Below, one piece after another: positions 22,104 to 30,400 of a DNA stretch of 64,000 bases (position 1 is its first letter; each line of letters begins with the position of its first letter). Position numbers and translations under genes: made by a program. Source of the stretch: Giardia intestinalis (taxonomy: Eukaryota); NCBI GenBank assembly GCA_000002435.2, contig CM018792.1, one strand, 5' to 3'. The notes beneath the pieces were generated by a model. That model saw only the letters and a list, made by a program, of their open reading frames with translations. It was not told the origin of the DNA and ran no database searches.

Positions 22104-22808
22104 ATGGCGATACGCGAACTGGAGCTGTTTCTAAATCACTCTTTGACAGACGAGATTCGATCGCAGCTCATAACCAAGGTCACAGAGATGCTCACCATGC
22201 CCGAGCTCGTCCACTTCCGTTGCTCACTACAGTCAGACTATGGTATTGCTGCACCTATAGGTCTCTACGACATTCTTCGGAGGATTCCCCTGTTTGCTGA
22301 CCATGCCTTTATGACCATCGGAGAGGTCTTTAGTGGCCTTTTTGCTGTAGCAGACTCCTTTCATGAGGTCATTACAGAGATTCAACCGTCTCTCGAGCAA
22401 TACGAAGGCCATATTTTGTGGCTCCTAACAGACACTTATAGTAGCCTCATGCACCAATCCCGTAGCTTCAAAGATTTGGGGATTCCCGTGAAGCGGATTA
22501 AGATGATTCTCAAAACAGCTTATAAGTTTACCCCAGCGCTTCCCAAGACCATTCATGACTTGGATGCCGATACAATGTCCCAGGTTCCGTCCCATGATGA
22601 GCTTAACAAACTACGCGAATACGTTGACCAGCTCCCTAACGCACAAGCCCGAGCGTTAGTGTTTGGTAAACTCTTAAGAGAGATAGGGAGGCGCCCCGAG
22701 GAAATAATCCTCAATGGGAACCAATTAAATCTAGAACTCACTGACCTGCCCTCCTTCGCATTCTGGGTCCTACTGGATGCTGCACAAGCGTATGCAACTC
22801 CATCATAG
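22104..22808 (+). CDS. Hypothetical protein, 234 aa (MAIRELELFLNHSL...), with a possible C-terminal NET/ET-like helical domain
   Basis: The track ORF 22092..22808 starts at a TTG. The first ATG is at 22104. This is the longest ORF in the interval and no competing ORF of similar size overlaps it. The C-terminus SHDELNKLREYVDQLPNAQARALVFGKLLREIG...QLNLELTDLP loosely follows the BET extra-terminal pattern (LP...hydrophobic helix...EIEID-like strand). That match is tentative. Confidence 0.6.
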   Translation: MAIRELELFLNHSLTDEIRSQLITKVTEMLTMPELVHFRCSLQSDYGIAAPIGLYDILRRIPLFADHAFMTIGEVFSGLFAVADSFHEVITEIQPSLEQYEGHILWLLTDTYSSLMHQSRSFKDLGIPVKRIKMILKTAYKFTPALPKTIHDLDADTMSQVPSHDELNKLREYVDQLPNAQARALVFGKLLREIGRRPEEIILNGNQLNLELTDLPSFAFWVLLDAAQAYATPS

Positions 22809-22841
22809 CAATCGTGGCCGACCTTGTGTTTGGTGAAGGTA

Positions 22842-23009
22842 TTAGGTGGACTTAAGCTCGCTAGCTAAATGGTCACTGAATTCTCTGAGCAAAAGGGCAC
22901 GAGGTTCTGTAAATGCCGTTTTCTCTAGCTGGCTTTCAAATAAAGTTATCTCATCTATAGCCTCCTGGTGAGAAAGGCTGCGCGGGTCCTCTGAGAAGGT
23001 TATTTCCAT
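22842..23009 (-). CDS. Candidate small ORF, 55 aa (MEITFSEDPRSLSHQEAIDEITLFESQLEKTAFTEPRALLLREFSDHLASELKST)
   Basis: It falls below the 60 aa cutoff of the track. The ATG at 23009..23007 is directly preceded by ctatttttaaa, a Giardia-type AT-rich initiator context. The stop is at 22842..22844. No homology was recognised. Confidence 0.3.
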   Translation of the reverse strand: MEITFSEDPRSLSHQEAIDEITLFESQLEKTAFTEPRALLLREFSDHLASELKST

Positions 23010-23269
23010 TTTAAAAATAGATCTATTCTATCTCCTTACTTATCAATGCGTATTTGCACAGATAAAGTGTACGTATGTACGTGATTAATATCTGAATGTC
23101 CAGAGTAGATAATTACTTAACCTCGAATGTACGTTTTCACCTCATCATGAACGTGGTGCGTGGAAGAACGACACTAATACCCTTCATGACTCAGACTATT
23201 TACTAGAGGGTTCTATGCCGTTTCAGATGAGACAGCATCATTCGCTGAGCCAGGTGCTTGGATCTGTAC

Positions 23270-23484
23270 GTTTACTCTCTCCGTTTCACCGAGGTGGGGT
23301 TGCCATCTGCCACCTGAGCAATCCCCTCCATGCGAGCCACCGCCACTCTGGGTAGGCGGGTCCCTCCCGCCCTTGCACCAGCTGAGATCCAGAGTCCAGA
23401 GTCTAGAAACCAAAATCTGAGAATATGAGCTCAGATGTCAAGCGATTCCGGTGGGAGAAGAAGAAGTTTTCCACTTTCCCTCTC
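23270..23484. repeat. 3'-terminal inverted repeat of the left retroelement copy (inverted, diverged copy of the element 5' end)
   Basis: On the plus strand, 23270-23484 (gtttactctctccgtttcaccgaggtggggttgcc...ccatgcgagccaccgcc...gctgagatccagagtccagag...cagatgtcaagcg...) aligns in the same orientation with 29856-30051 (gtttactttccggttcaccggggtagggttgtc...tcatgcgagccaccgcc...cctgagatccacgtccagag...cagatgtcaacca...). By eye, roughly three quarters of positions match. Confidence 0.7.
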
Positions 23485-24790
23485 GGGAGTCTCTGTCGCT
23501 CTTCGCGGTGCCTTCCGAGGCTCTCCCATCTTCTGGCCTTTCGGGTCAGCTGTCGTCTGATATCTAGTGAGCACCCGTTGTCTCGGGCTTTTCCGTCAGC
23601 CACAGCAGTCTGGCCTCAGAAGCAGCTGACCCTGGCCATGTACTCCAGAGTCGCCTTGGTGCTGGTACTCTATCACGAAGATCGCATACGCCACGAACCT
23701 CAGGTGTCGATCCCTAGGTCCCTGAGGTGCTCCCTCGTCTTCTCGTGGAGGGTGCCGTCAGTCCCGAGTATGATCGGGAGGGTGCTCCCCGTATGCCTCT
23801 ATCTTAGAGTGGTAGTACGAGCTCATGGACGCCGGCTGGACCACTCCTATGTCGACGGCCTGGCTGGTGTCTGGAAAGAAGAGGTCCGGCTCTGGTTCTC
23901 CTTGTCATGGTCAACCCATACCTTCTGCTCGTGGATCACAGTGCACCTCTTCTTCGACATTATGTGATCAGTCATCCAACACGAGATCATGTCGACGCTC
24001 ACCCTATGCAGTGCGTCTGGCTCAGTGACGATGTGGTCTGCATCTCCTTGCATCGCACAGCACACTTGGAGGTGATGCTTTGGTCTGCCGAGACAGTCGG
24101 TCCAAGCCCGCATCTTTTCGAGAGGCGGCGGAAGGCGTCGTCCGGAAGCATCAGGAACGATCCGAAGACATGATTGATGTACGAGCCTGTGCTCACCGTT
24201 AGGTCGTCTCGCTCAGCAACCGGTTCGCGATGCTCCGTCGTCACGTCGAAGGTGTTAAATGCATCGCGCAGTTGCTTGTGATAGACGCCCGGCAGGTGGA
24301 CTCCCAGGCCGCCACTCTTCTTCGGTGCCGCCAGGAACGATCCACCTCTTCGGGTCAGAGCCGAGTATCCCTCCAAGGGCCTCTCCGACCTGCCTGTCGA
24401 AGGATTCATATTGTTCAACTGGTGAGTCCATCTCGACGAGCGGTGCGTAGCCGGCCATCGGAATGGCGTTGATCCTGGCCAGCGTCAGCTTGGCGTGGTG
24501 GGTGATCGGCGCGTCCATCACCAGCTTCAAGCTCTCTGCTGCCTTCTCTATCGCCCTGGGGGCTATGGACTGCTTCTCCTTCGAGACCGGGGCCCCCGGG
24601 AAGGAGACCTCCTGTCCTCTTTGGGTGCTCTTGCACTTGTCAATGTTGACTGTCAAACCATATCGTTTCGCCAGGGCTGTCGCCTCTGTGATTATCCCCG
24701 TCGCGTCGCTGTCGTTGGCATGGAAGCTGAGTGCGTCGTCAGTGTAGGCAATGAGTAGGGTATCTCTCCTTCGGCTCCTGGTGAGCAGGT

Positions 24791-25279
24791 TCTGTCCCCC
24801 GCAGCACAGAAGCATGCTCAGGGCCCTGAGGGACCGAGTCCAGGGGTGCAGCGTGGCGCAATTAGAGGAAGGCCTCGATGTAGTTCTCAGGATGAAGGGT
24901 ACACTCGCCTGGCCGAGGCCGTCTGCTGTTGGGGCTCTCGTTATGTCGAGCGAGGCCGCTGTGTTCCGTCAATCTGCATCTCCATGTATGCCATGCGGAC
25001 ACCACCCATGTGCGTTCAGGTGGAGTGCATCTGCTCGGTCTCTAGAAAGGCCAGTGTCTGGGTCTCCAGGGGGCTCAGCAGTATCTGTGAAACACAGCCA
25101 TGATCGTCCACTGATTGTGCTTGTCCTGTCTCATCATTGGGAAGAGGGTAGAACAAGAGTTCTTCCGCTCTCCAGACCTGGTTGACATCTGATCTTCGGG
25201 CTCTGGACGTGGATCTCAGGCGATGTATGGACAGGAGGTACCCGCTTGCCTAAGGCGGTGGCTCGCATGAGGGGATCAT
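24791..25279. repeat. Left arm of an apparently perfect 489 bp inverted repeat (partner 29912..30400)
   Basis: Position p on the left pairs with 55191-p on the right. Blocks 24841-24900, 25081-25160 and 25161-25279 were checked base by base against the reverse complement of the right arm and are identical. The track ORFs 24846..25103(+) and 30088..30345(-) have identical 85 aa translations. ORFs 24751..25185(+) and 30006..30434(-) are identical apart from their first residues. Confidence 0.9.
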
Positions 25280-25465
25280 TCCAGGAAGATGGAACCGTTA
25301 CATTATATCTACTGCTGTTCAGCTGTGATATTACATTAGAACTTGATTCTATTAATTTCGATAAAGTAACATTAGACACCGAGAAGGAAGCAATGTACAC
25401 AAAAACTGACACACATCCACAAACAGCACGAAAGCGTAGTGAAATGGTCGCTATTCACTCTAGGA

Positions 25466-26497
25466 TCATTTCGAGAGGATATCTACTATCTCTTTGTGAC
25501 CCTTCTTCTTAGCGATGTCAAGGGCAGTAGTACGGGGCGGGTAACCACAGTAGTCATAGACTGTCATCAGCTGCCTCTCCCCTAAGAGTAACTCAACACA
25601 CTCTATGTGGTCACCCCACACCGCATTCATAAGAGCTGTCCATCCTTTATCATTCTTCATGCCACTTTCTCTTCCTAACAGAAGCCTGACACACTCTGGA
25701 TGGCCATTACGTGCTGCCCACATGAGAGCAGTTTGACCGGTATTATTCTCCATGCCACTCTCTTTTTTGAGCAGCTCTACAACCCCTCTGTGCCCTTGCG
25801 CTGCCGCATACATAAGCGCTGTCCATCCACCAGCATCCTGGCCCCTCCTCATGTGAAGGTTGTTTCTGACTGCACCGATATCACCACGGTAAGCGGCGTA
25901 TATGAGTCCTGTCCACCCTGAGACACTGCTCTCATACCCCACCAGAAGCTCAACGCACCTAGGATAGTCTACCAGGGGGTCATTGGAACGGCCACTCCGT
26001 GCCGCGAATACGAGAGCGGTCCAACCGCCTACTTTCGCACCTCCTTCGTAACCCGCTAGCAGTTCTACTATTTCTGCGTATCCATGTGCCGCAGCCATCA
26101 TCAGCGCGGTTCCCCCCTTGTACATGGTCATCTCATCTATCTTGAAGCCTCCGGACGCCTTCTGTCCTTCCTGAAGGGGAGCAAGCGCCTTCACAGTACC
26201 TACATCATTTCTGTCAACAGCTCTCATGAGGGCAGTAAATCCGTTTTTGTCGGTGGGGTCGAGGAGCTCAACGATGTTCTTGTGTCCTGCCCTCGCAGCT
26301 ATGATCAGCGCTGTATCCCCCTCGCTGTTCTTCTTGTCTTTGTCTGAGAGATGCTTCTCGGCTGCCTCGAAGTCTCCGTCCGCAGCAGCGTGCATGAGAG
26401 GCGTCCAGGACAAATCCCTTGTGAACTGAGGTCCTGCATCGACATCCCCTTGACCAGAACTGCCTACTCGCGACCCTCCGCGTTCGTTGCGTGCCAT
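25466..26497 (-). CDS. Ankyrin-repeat protein (Giardia Protein 21.1 type), 343 aa
   Basis: It contains a run of ankyrin repeats with the Giardia-typical G(W/F/D)TALMxAAxxGHxxxVxLL pattern (TALIIAARAGHKNIVELL, FTALMRAV, TALMMAAAHGYAEIVELL, WTALVFAARSG, WTALMYAAAQGHRGVVELL, QTALMWAARNGHPECVRLL, WTALMNAV). The ATG is at 26497. Confidence 0.9.
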   Translation of the reverse strand: MARNERGGSRVGSSGQGDVDAGPQFTRDLSWTPLMHAAADGDFEAAEKHLSDKDKKNSEGDTALIIAARAGHKNIVELLDPTDKNGFTALMRAVDRNDVGTVKALAPLQEGQKASGGFKIDEMTMYKGGTALMMAAAHGYAEIVELLAGYEGGAKVGGWTALVFAARSGRSNDPLVDYPRCVELLVGYESSVSGWTGLIYAAYRGDIGAVRNNLHMRRGQDAGGWTALMYAAAQGHRGVVELLKKESGMENNTGQTALMWAARNGHPECVRLLLGRESGMKNDKGWTALMNAVWGDHIECVELLLGERQLMTVYDYCGYPPRTTALDIAKKKGHKEIVDILSK

Positions 26498-27469
26498 TCC
26501 TTATTTTTCTTGCCGAAGAAAGGGGCTAAAACACCTGTAATTCACACTGTAATCTACAGCTCAGTCAAATGATGTCCATACATGTATTCCTATATAACTT
26601 TGGCCCTTGCTGATTCTTTCTGTTGCATATAACTGTATGTAGTGTTATGCGTCCATGCCCGGCCTCTGCTCCTTCGTGCTGCGGCTAGCTGGGATCTTGT
26701 GAAGTACTAGGCTAGAGCCATTAACAGCGTGGAACACTGGTGGGCTTTCATCTCACCCGCAAAGTGCAGTGCGCTATGCTCTGTCTGTGAGCACTCATGC
26801 TTGACTACCCGAATGGGCTGCGTGATGTAGACTACTCTGAGACTGTAACCAAGGATTCGTGCTCAGTGCTAATTCATCTGCCGCTGTCGTTGGACCTCGT
26901 GGCAGCCATGATCTCAGATGCCTTGTGCTTACATCTGTAAGTCTTCTATGGTTGAAGAAAGTGTCTGTACGAACAGCGGGGGGCTCTCCCATGGGTTGCA
27001 GCTATGCCCATTGCAGGACCTTCAGGTCTCCTTGGACGTAGCCTGCCCAAGCTCAGTGGACTGCTGTGCAGAGAGTGTAGTCGCTCTTCGCCTGTTACGC
27101 TTTCTCCTGAAGAAGGCACGTTGCGGGAGCACTTCAAGCCCTACACTAGTGGAAAGCGCCATCGGCAGAACGCAGTCCACTGAATTCTCACGAAAGAAGC
27201 CGCTTCCACAGGATGCCCGTGGAGAGCGGCGCAGACGGCCCCCGCTCTATCTACACATGCAAGCTGGCCCCTTCGGCACACACGTTCTGCACCTTGTACG
27301 AGGCAGAGGGGTCCTGATGGGATAAAGTACCGACGCGTGTTACGGTGTGAGTGGGACGAATGACGAAGAACCAAAAAACGGTCTTACACATGCTAACAGC
27401 GTTGAACAGTGTACACTGTGGTCTCTATAGACCCACAAAGCCATCACAAAAAACGAGGAAACGACCCTG

Positions 27470-27904
27470 ATGAGCCAGGACGAGGGCAAAGCGGCAGAAG
27501 AATCCTTTGGCCGCTGGTTTTCTGCTGCACAGCGCGGAGATTGCGCCTATCTAAAACAGCATATAGCGACCATGCGGCGAGCCGTGGACTCCCGAGGAAT
27601 GACTGCGCTGATGCATGCAGCGGATGCAGGTCACGCATCGTATGTCCAAGCACTGGTTAGTGAAGCGTGCGAAATCAGCTCTGAGGGGTTCAAGGCTCTT
27701 AGGTACGCAATCCGCGCGTCCTCGATTGATGCTGCAGGAGTCTTGCTTCCGTATGAGGGCTCTGTTGAGACCTCTTCCGGTCTTTCTCCACTCCTTATGT
27801 TATTGAAGCGCAAGCAGGACACCATTGCACATATGTGCTTTGAGCATATGGATTCGTCTAAAGATCTGGCTCAAGGGAAGGATGGGGAGTTAGAAAGATA
27901 TTAA
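27470..27904 (+). CDS. Short ankyrin-repeat ORF, 144 aa; possibly the 5' part of the next ORF
   Basis: The ATG is at 27470. Ankyrin motifs are present (GMTALMHAADAGHASYVQALV). The stop TAA at 27902..27904 overlaps the ATG of the following ankyrin ORF (TAATG). Confidence 0.6.
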   Translation: MSQDEGKAAEESFGRWFSAAQRGDCAYLKQHIATMRRAVDSRGMTALMHAADAGHASYVQALVSEACEISSEGFKALRYAIRASSIDAAGVLLPYEGSVETSSGLSPLLMLLKRKQDTIAHMCFEHMDSSKDLAQGKDGELERY

Positions 27905-29148
27905 TGTTTGCTACTGAGCTGAACGACTACGGGCTCCTGCAGGATGCCATCCGTCGCTGTCATAAGCTGCCTGCGGGCGATATAGCTGAAGTACTTTCTC
28001 TCGAAACAGCTACCGGCCCAACCTTTTGCATAACGTACCTCATGGGTGTGCTTGACGGATTCGCACACCGGGATGACTCAAGGCGCCAACACGCTTCTCC
28101 CACACTGATCACAACGACTCCAGATGTTGTAAAGGGTGGCCCCAAAGTAGATGAGAACGGCAACACTCTCTTGATGAGGGCAGTCATGACCTTCAACTAT
28201 AAGAAGATGCCCGACTATTCTTCTATCCTGTGCAGAAGCGTGAACAGGGAGGGGAAGACTGCGCTCATGATCGCGGCAGAAATAGGCAATGAGTCCGCTG
28301 CGGCAATACTCAGGAAATACGAGGCGAAGATCCAAGATCCTGCTGGAATGACGGCCCTGATGTTCGCCGTGAACAAGGGAAATTTAAAGCTCGTCCAGAC
28401 GCTGTTAAAGTATGAGGTTGGTCTGAAGGACGTTGCAGGCCGGACGGCGCTGATGCATGCAGTACTATCAAACAAGCAGCCTATTATTCAGGAACTTATC
28501 AAGTGTGAGACTAGCAACCAAGACTTTCAGGGCAAAACAGCCCTTATCTATGCCGTAGAGCAGAACCTTTATCAAGCCTGCAAGGCGCCCATTCCTTATG
28601 AAGCGGGCTTGGTGGACCATAGGGGTCTGCGTGCAATAGATTATGCCAAGCTCTTCGACAATATGGAGCTGATAGATCTTTTAGAGGACTCAGAAGGAAT
28701 TTCACGAAACTCTCTTCAGCAGATCCTGCTTCGTCACGGGTGGCTAGCGCCACGCATATCCAGGCCCAGCCCCAGTCGTAGTAGCCCTAAGCCGGCTCTC
28801 TCTGGTTCCACTGTGAGCAAGCCCACTACTTCAACACAAGATAAGCAGCACACTACTGTAGATGTGAATAAAGAAGGCTCACTGCCTGAAGACGCGAAGG
28901 TATTTTCCACCGATCTTATCTCTGCTGTCCACGCCAGTAGGTACTATGACATCGGTGTTCTAGCCCCACATCTTGCCAACATGAGAGATCACCACAACCT
29001 CACGGCACTCCACTACGCTATCTACCAGAATAAACGAGTGGCAGTACGCATCTTGCTTCCTCACGAATACGAATCCCTTAATGGGTTTACTATTCCACCA
29101 GAGACGCGACCAGAGATAGTTGAGATGATAAACCTCTATAGGAAGTGA
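27904..29148 (+). CDS. Ankyrin-repeat protein (Protein 21.1 type), 414 aa
   Basis: Repeats are present (NTLLMRAV, KTALMIAAEIGNESAAAIL, MTALMFAVNKGNLKLVQTLL, RTALMHAVLSNKQPIIQELI, KTALIYAVEQN, LTALHYAIYQNKRVAVRILL). A Ser/Pro-rich linker (RPSPSRSSPKPALSGSTVSKPTTST) separates the repeat blocks. Confidence 0.85.
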   Translation: MFATELNDYGLLQDAIRRCHKLPAGDIAEVLSLETATGPTFCITYLMGVLDGFAHRDDSRRQHASPTLITTTPDVVKGGPKVDENGNTLLMRAVMTFNYKKMPDYSSILCRSVNREGKTALMIAAEIGNESAAAILRKYEAKIQDPAGMTALMFAVNKGNLKLVQTLLKYEVGLKDVAGRTALMHAVLSNKQPIIQELIKCETSNQDFQGKTALIYAVEQNLYQACKAPIPYEAGLVDHRGLRAIDYAKLFDNMELIDLLEDSEGISRNSLQQILLRHGWLAPRISRPSPSRSSPKPALSGSTVSKPTTSTQDKQHTTVDVNKEGSLPEDAKVFSTDLISAVHASRYYDIGVLAPHLANMRDHHNLTALHYAIYQNKRVAVRILLPHEYESLNGFTIPPETRPEIVEMINLYRK

Positions 29149-29208
29149 AGCTCTCATATAAGTACCCATTCAATCTGTATAGGCAGGCCTGTGAGGTATC
29201 TATGGAAC

Positions 29209-29855
29209 TCATTTCTTTTTACCGCCACGTGAGTTGTTCTTGAAGAAGATTATGTCCCCATCTTCAACAACGTAGTTCTTCCCTTCGGTGCGGACCTTCC
29301 CGGCTGCCTTGGCCTCTGCTTCGGACCCTAACCTCTTGAGATCCTTATAAGTGTAAACCTCTGCACATATAAAATAGTCGCGGAAGTCGCTGTGGATAAC
29401 CGCGCCTGCGTCCGGTGCCTTGGTGTATTTTCTGACCGTCCAGCATCTAACTTCGTCTGCACCACATGTGAAGAAATGACAGAGGTTCAATGCCTTATAT
29501 CCCGTCTTGATGATCTTATCGAGAGCCAACTCCACAACGGAACCGTCAGGGAGCTTGTATTTTGAGGGGAGCTCTCTGAGGTAAGCATTTCTAGCCTCTG
29601 CAGAGCCTAGCTCCAAAAGTGTCGCCTCTAGCTTGGCGCTGTACGGCACTATATGCGCAGTCTCGTTTTTGGCCGTTATCCGTTCCTGTATCTTAGTAAG
29701 GAACTTATTCTTCTTCTTACTATAATCTGCCTCACTCATGTTCAAAAGGTAGACCACAGGCTTGCAACTAAGCAACTGCAGCTCGTTGAGAATCTCCACC
29801 TCACGGGACGACCAGCCCTGGGCAAAGAGGTCCTTCTTTTCCTTGAGTAGTCCCT
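29209..29855 (-). pseudogene. 5'-truncated OLA1/YchF (Obg-like ATPase) fragment: C-terminal ~215 codons only, no G domain
   Basis: The translation ...SCKPVVYLLNMSEADYSKKKNKFLTKIQE...LNLCHFFTCGADEVRCWTVRKYTKAPDAGAVIHSDFRDYFICAEVYTYKDL...[32 protein letters not shown] follows human OLA1 as I remember it (...[29 protein letters not shown]...[41 protein letters not shown]...[25 protein letters not shown]...KKK). The N-terminal P-loop G domain (about 170 aa) is absent. Homology stops at the retroelement terminus at 29856. The first in-frame ATG is only at 29739. Confidence 0.75.
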
Positions 29856-30051
29856 CTATTTTTAGGTTTACTTTCCGGTTCACCGGGGTAGGGTTGTCAC
29901 CTGCTGCTTGGATGATCCCCTCATGCGAGCCACCGCCTTAGGCAAGCGGGTACCTCCTGTCCATACATCGCCTGAGATCCACGTCCAGAGCCCGAAGATC
30001 AGATGTCAACCAGGTCTGGAGAGCGGAAGAACTCTTGTTCTACCCTCTTCC
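29856..30051. repeat. 5'-terminal repeat of the right retroelement copy (inverted relative to the element 3' end)
   Basis: See 23270..23484. The outermost 7 nt, GTTTACT, are the exact reverse complement of the AGTAAAC at the 3' terminus of the left copy. Confidence 0.7.
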
Positions 30052-30400
30052 CAATGATGAGACAGGACAAGCACAATCAGTGGACGATCATGGCTGTGTT
30101 TCACAGATACTGCTGAGCCCCCTGGAGACCCAGACACTGGCCTTTCTAGAGACCGAGCAGATGCACTCCACCTGAACGCACATGGGTGGTGTCCGCATGG
30201 CATACATGGAGATGCAGATTGACGGAACACAGCGGCCTCGCTCGACATAACGAGAGCCCCAACAGCAGACGGCCTCGGCCAGGCGAGTGTACCCTTCATC
30301 CTGAGAACTACATCGAGGCCTTCCTCTAATTGCGCCACGCTGCACCCCTGGACTCGGTCCCTCAGGGCCCTGAGCATGCTTCTGTGCTGCGGGGGACAGA
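29912..30400. repeat. Right arm of the 489 bp inverted repeat (partner 24791..25279)
   Basis: See the left arm. There are mismatches immediately outside both ends: 24790 T against the complement of 30401 (C), and 25280 T against the complement of 29911 (C). Confidence 0.9.

Larger units (their letters stand above)
23270..25281 (-). mobile_element. Decayed RT-encoding non-LTR retroelement copy (left copy), frameshifted, with an inverted terminal repeat
   Basis: The minus-strand ORF 24255..24815 reads ...LLIAYTDDALSFHANDSDATGIITEATALAKRYGLTVNIDKCK, and the RT YxDD box lies at 24735..24746. A PQG-like motif lies upstream but is broken by frameshifts. The downstream minus frames (about 23,640-24,110) carry HIVTEPDALHRVSVDMIS, AVDIGVV and GTLHEKTREHLRDLGID. 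These resemble the CCHC/PD..D restriction-enzyme-like endonuclease tail of R2/NeSL-type elements. There are several stops and frameshifts. The 3' terminus reads GAGAGAGTAAAC on the element strand, which is the Giardia poly(A) signal AGTPuAAPy. This fits my memory of the 'dead' GilD family reported for Giardia, but I cannot confirm the family. Confidence 0.8.

Noticed and set aside
23270-23484. I first read this segment as a third, independent 5' fragment of the retroelement, in plus orientation and converging on the left copy.
   Set aside because: The right copy (29856-30790) runs directly from the RT-thumb region into a homologous, reverse-oriented version of this segment and ends in AGTAAAT. 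The segment is therefore the element's own 3' terminal region, not a separate insertion.
24751-25185. Identical 142-144 aa ORFs (24751..25185 + and 30006..30434 -) and identical 85 aa ORFs (24846..25103 +, 30088..30345 -) look like a duplicated gene.
   Set aside because: They lie antisense to the decayed RT reading frames inside the 489 bp inverted repeat. Their identity only reflects the DNA repeat. The sequence is Arg/Ser/Pro/Cys-rich GC-driven noise with no domain signal.
23213-25512. A dense stack of overlapping ORFs on both strands (for example 23425..23967 +, 23999..24418 -, 24463..24747 +).
   Set aside because: This is GC-rich retroelement remnant. Only the minus-strand pieces carry RT or endonuclease motifs, and those are broken by frameshifts. 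The rest are chance ORFs.
27391-27410. The sequence tgctaacagcgttgaacag resembles the Giardia intron branch/3' splice motif (CTAAC...AG).
   Set aside because: It does not match the extended ACTAACACACAG consensus. No upstream GTATGT donor or interrupted ORF is associated with it.
26795-27660. Overlapping 60-135 aa ORFs on both strands in the spacer between the divergent ankyrin genes (for example 26918..27325 +).
   Set aside because: They exclude one another, lack an ATG context, domain or repeat signature, and appear to be chance ORFs in a locally GC-rich spacer. A fully decayed gene cannot be excluded.
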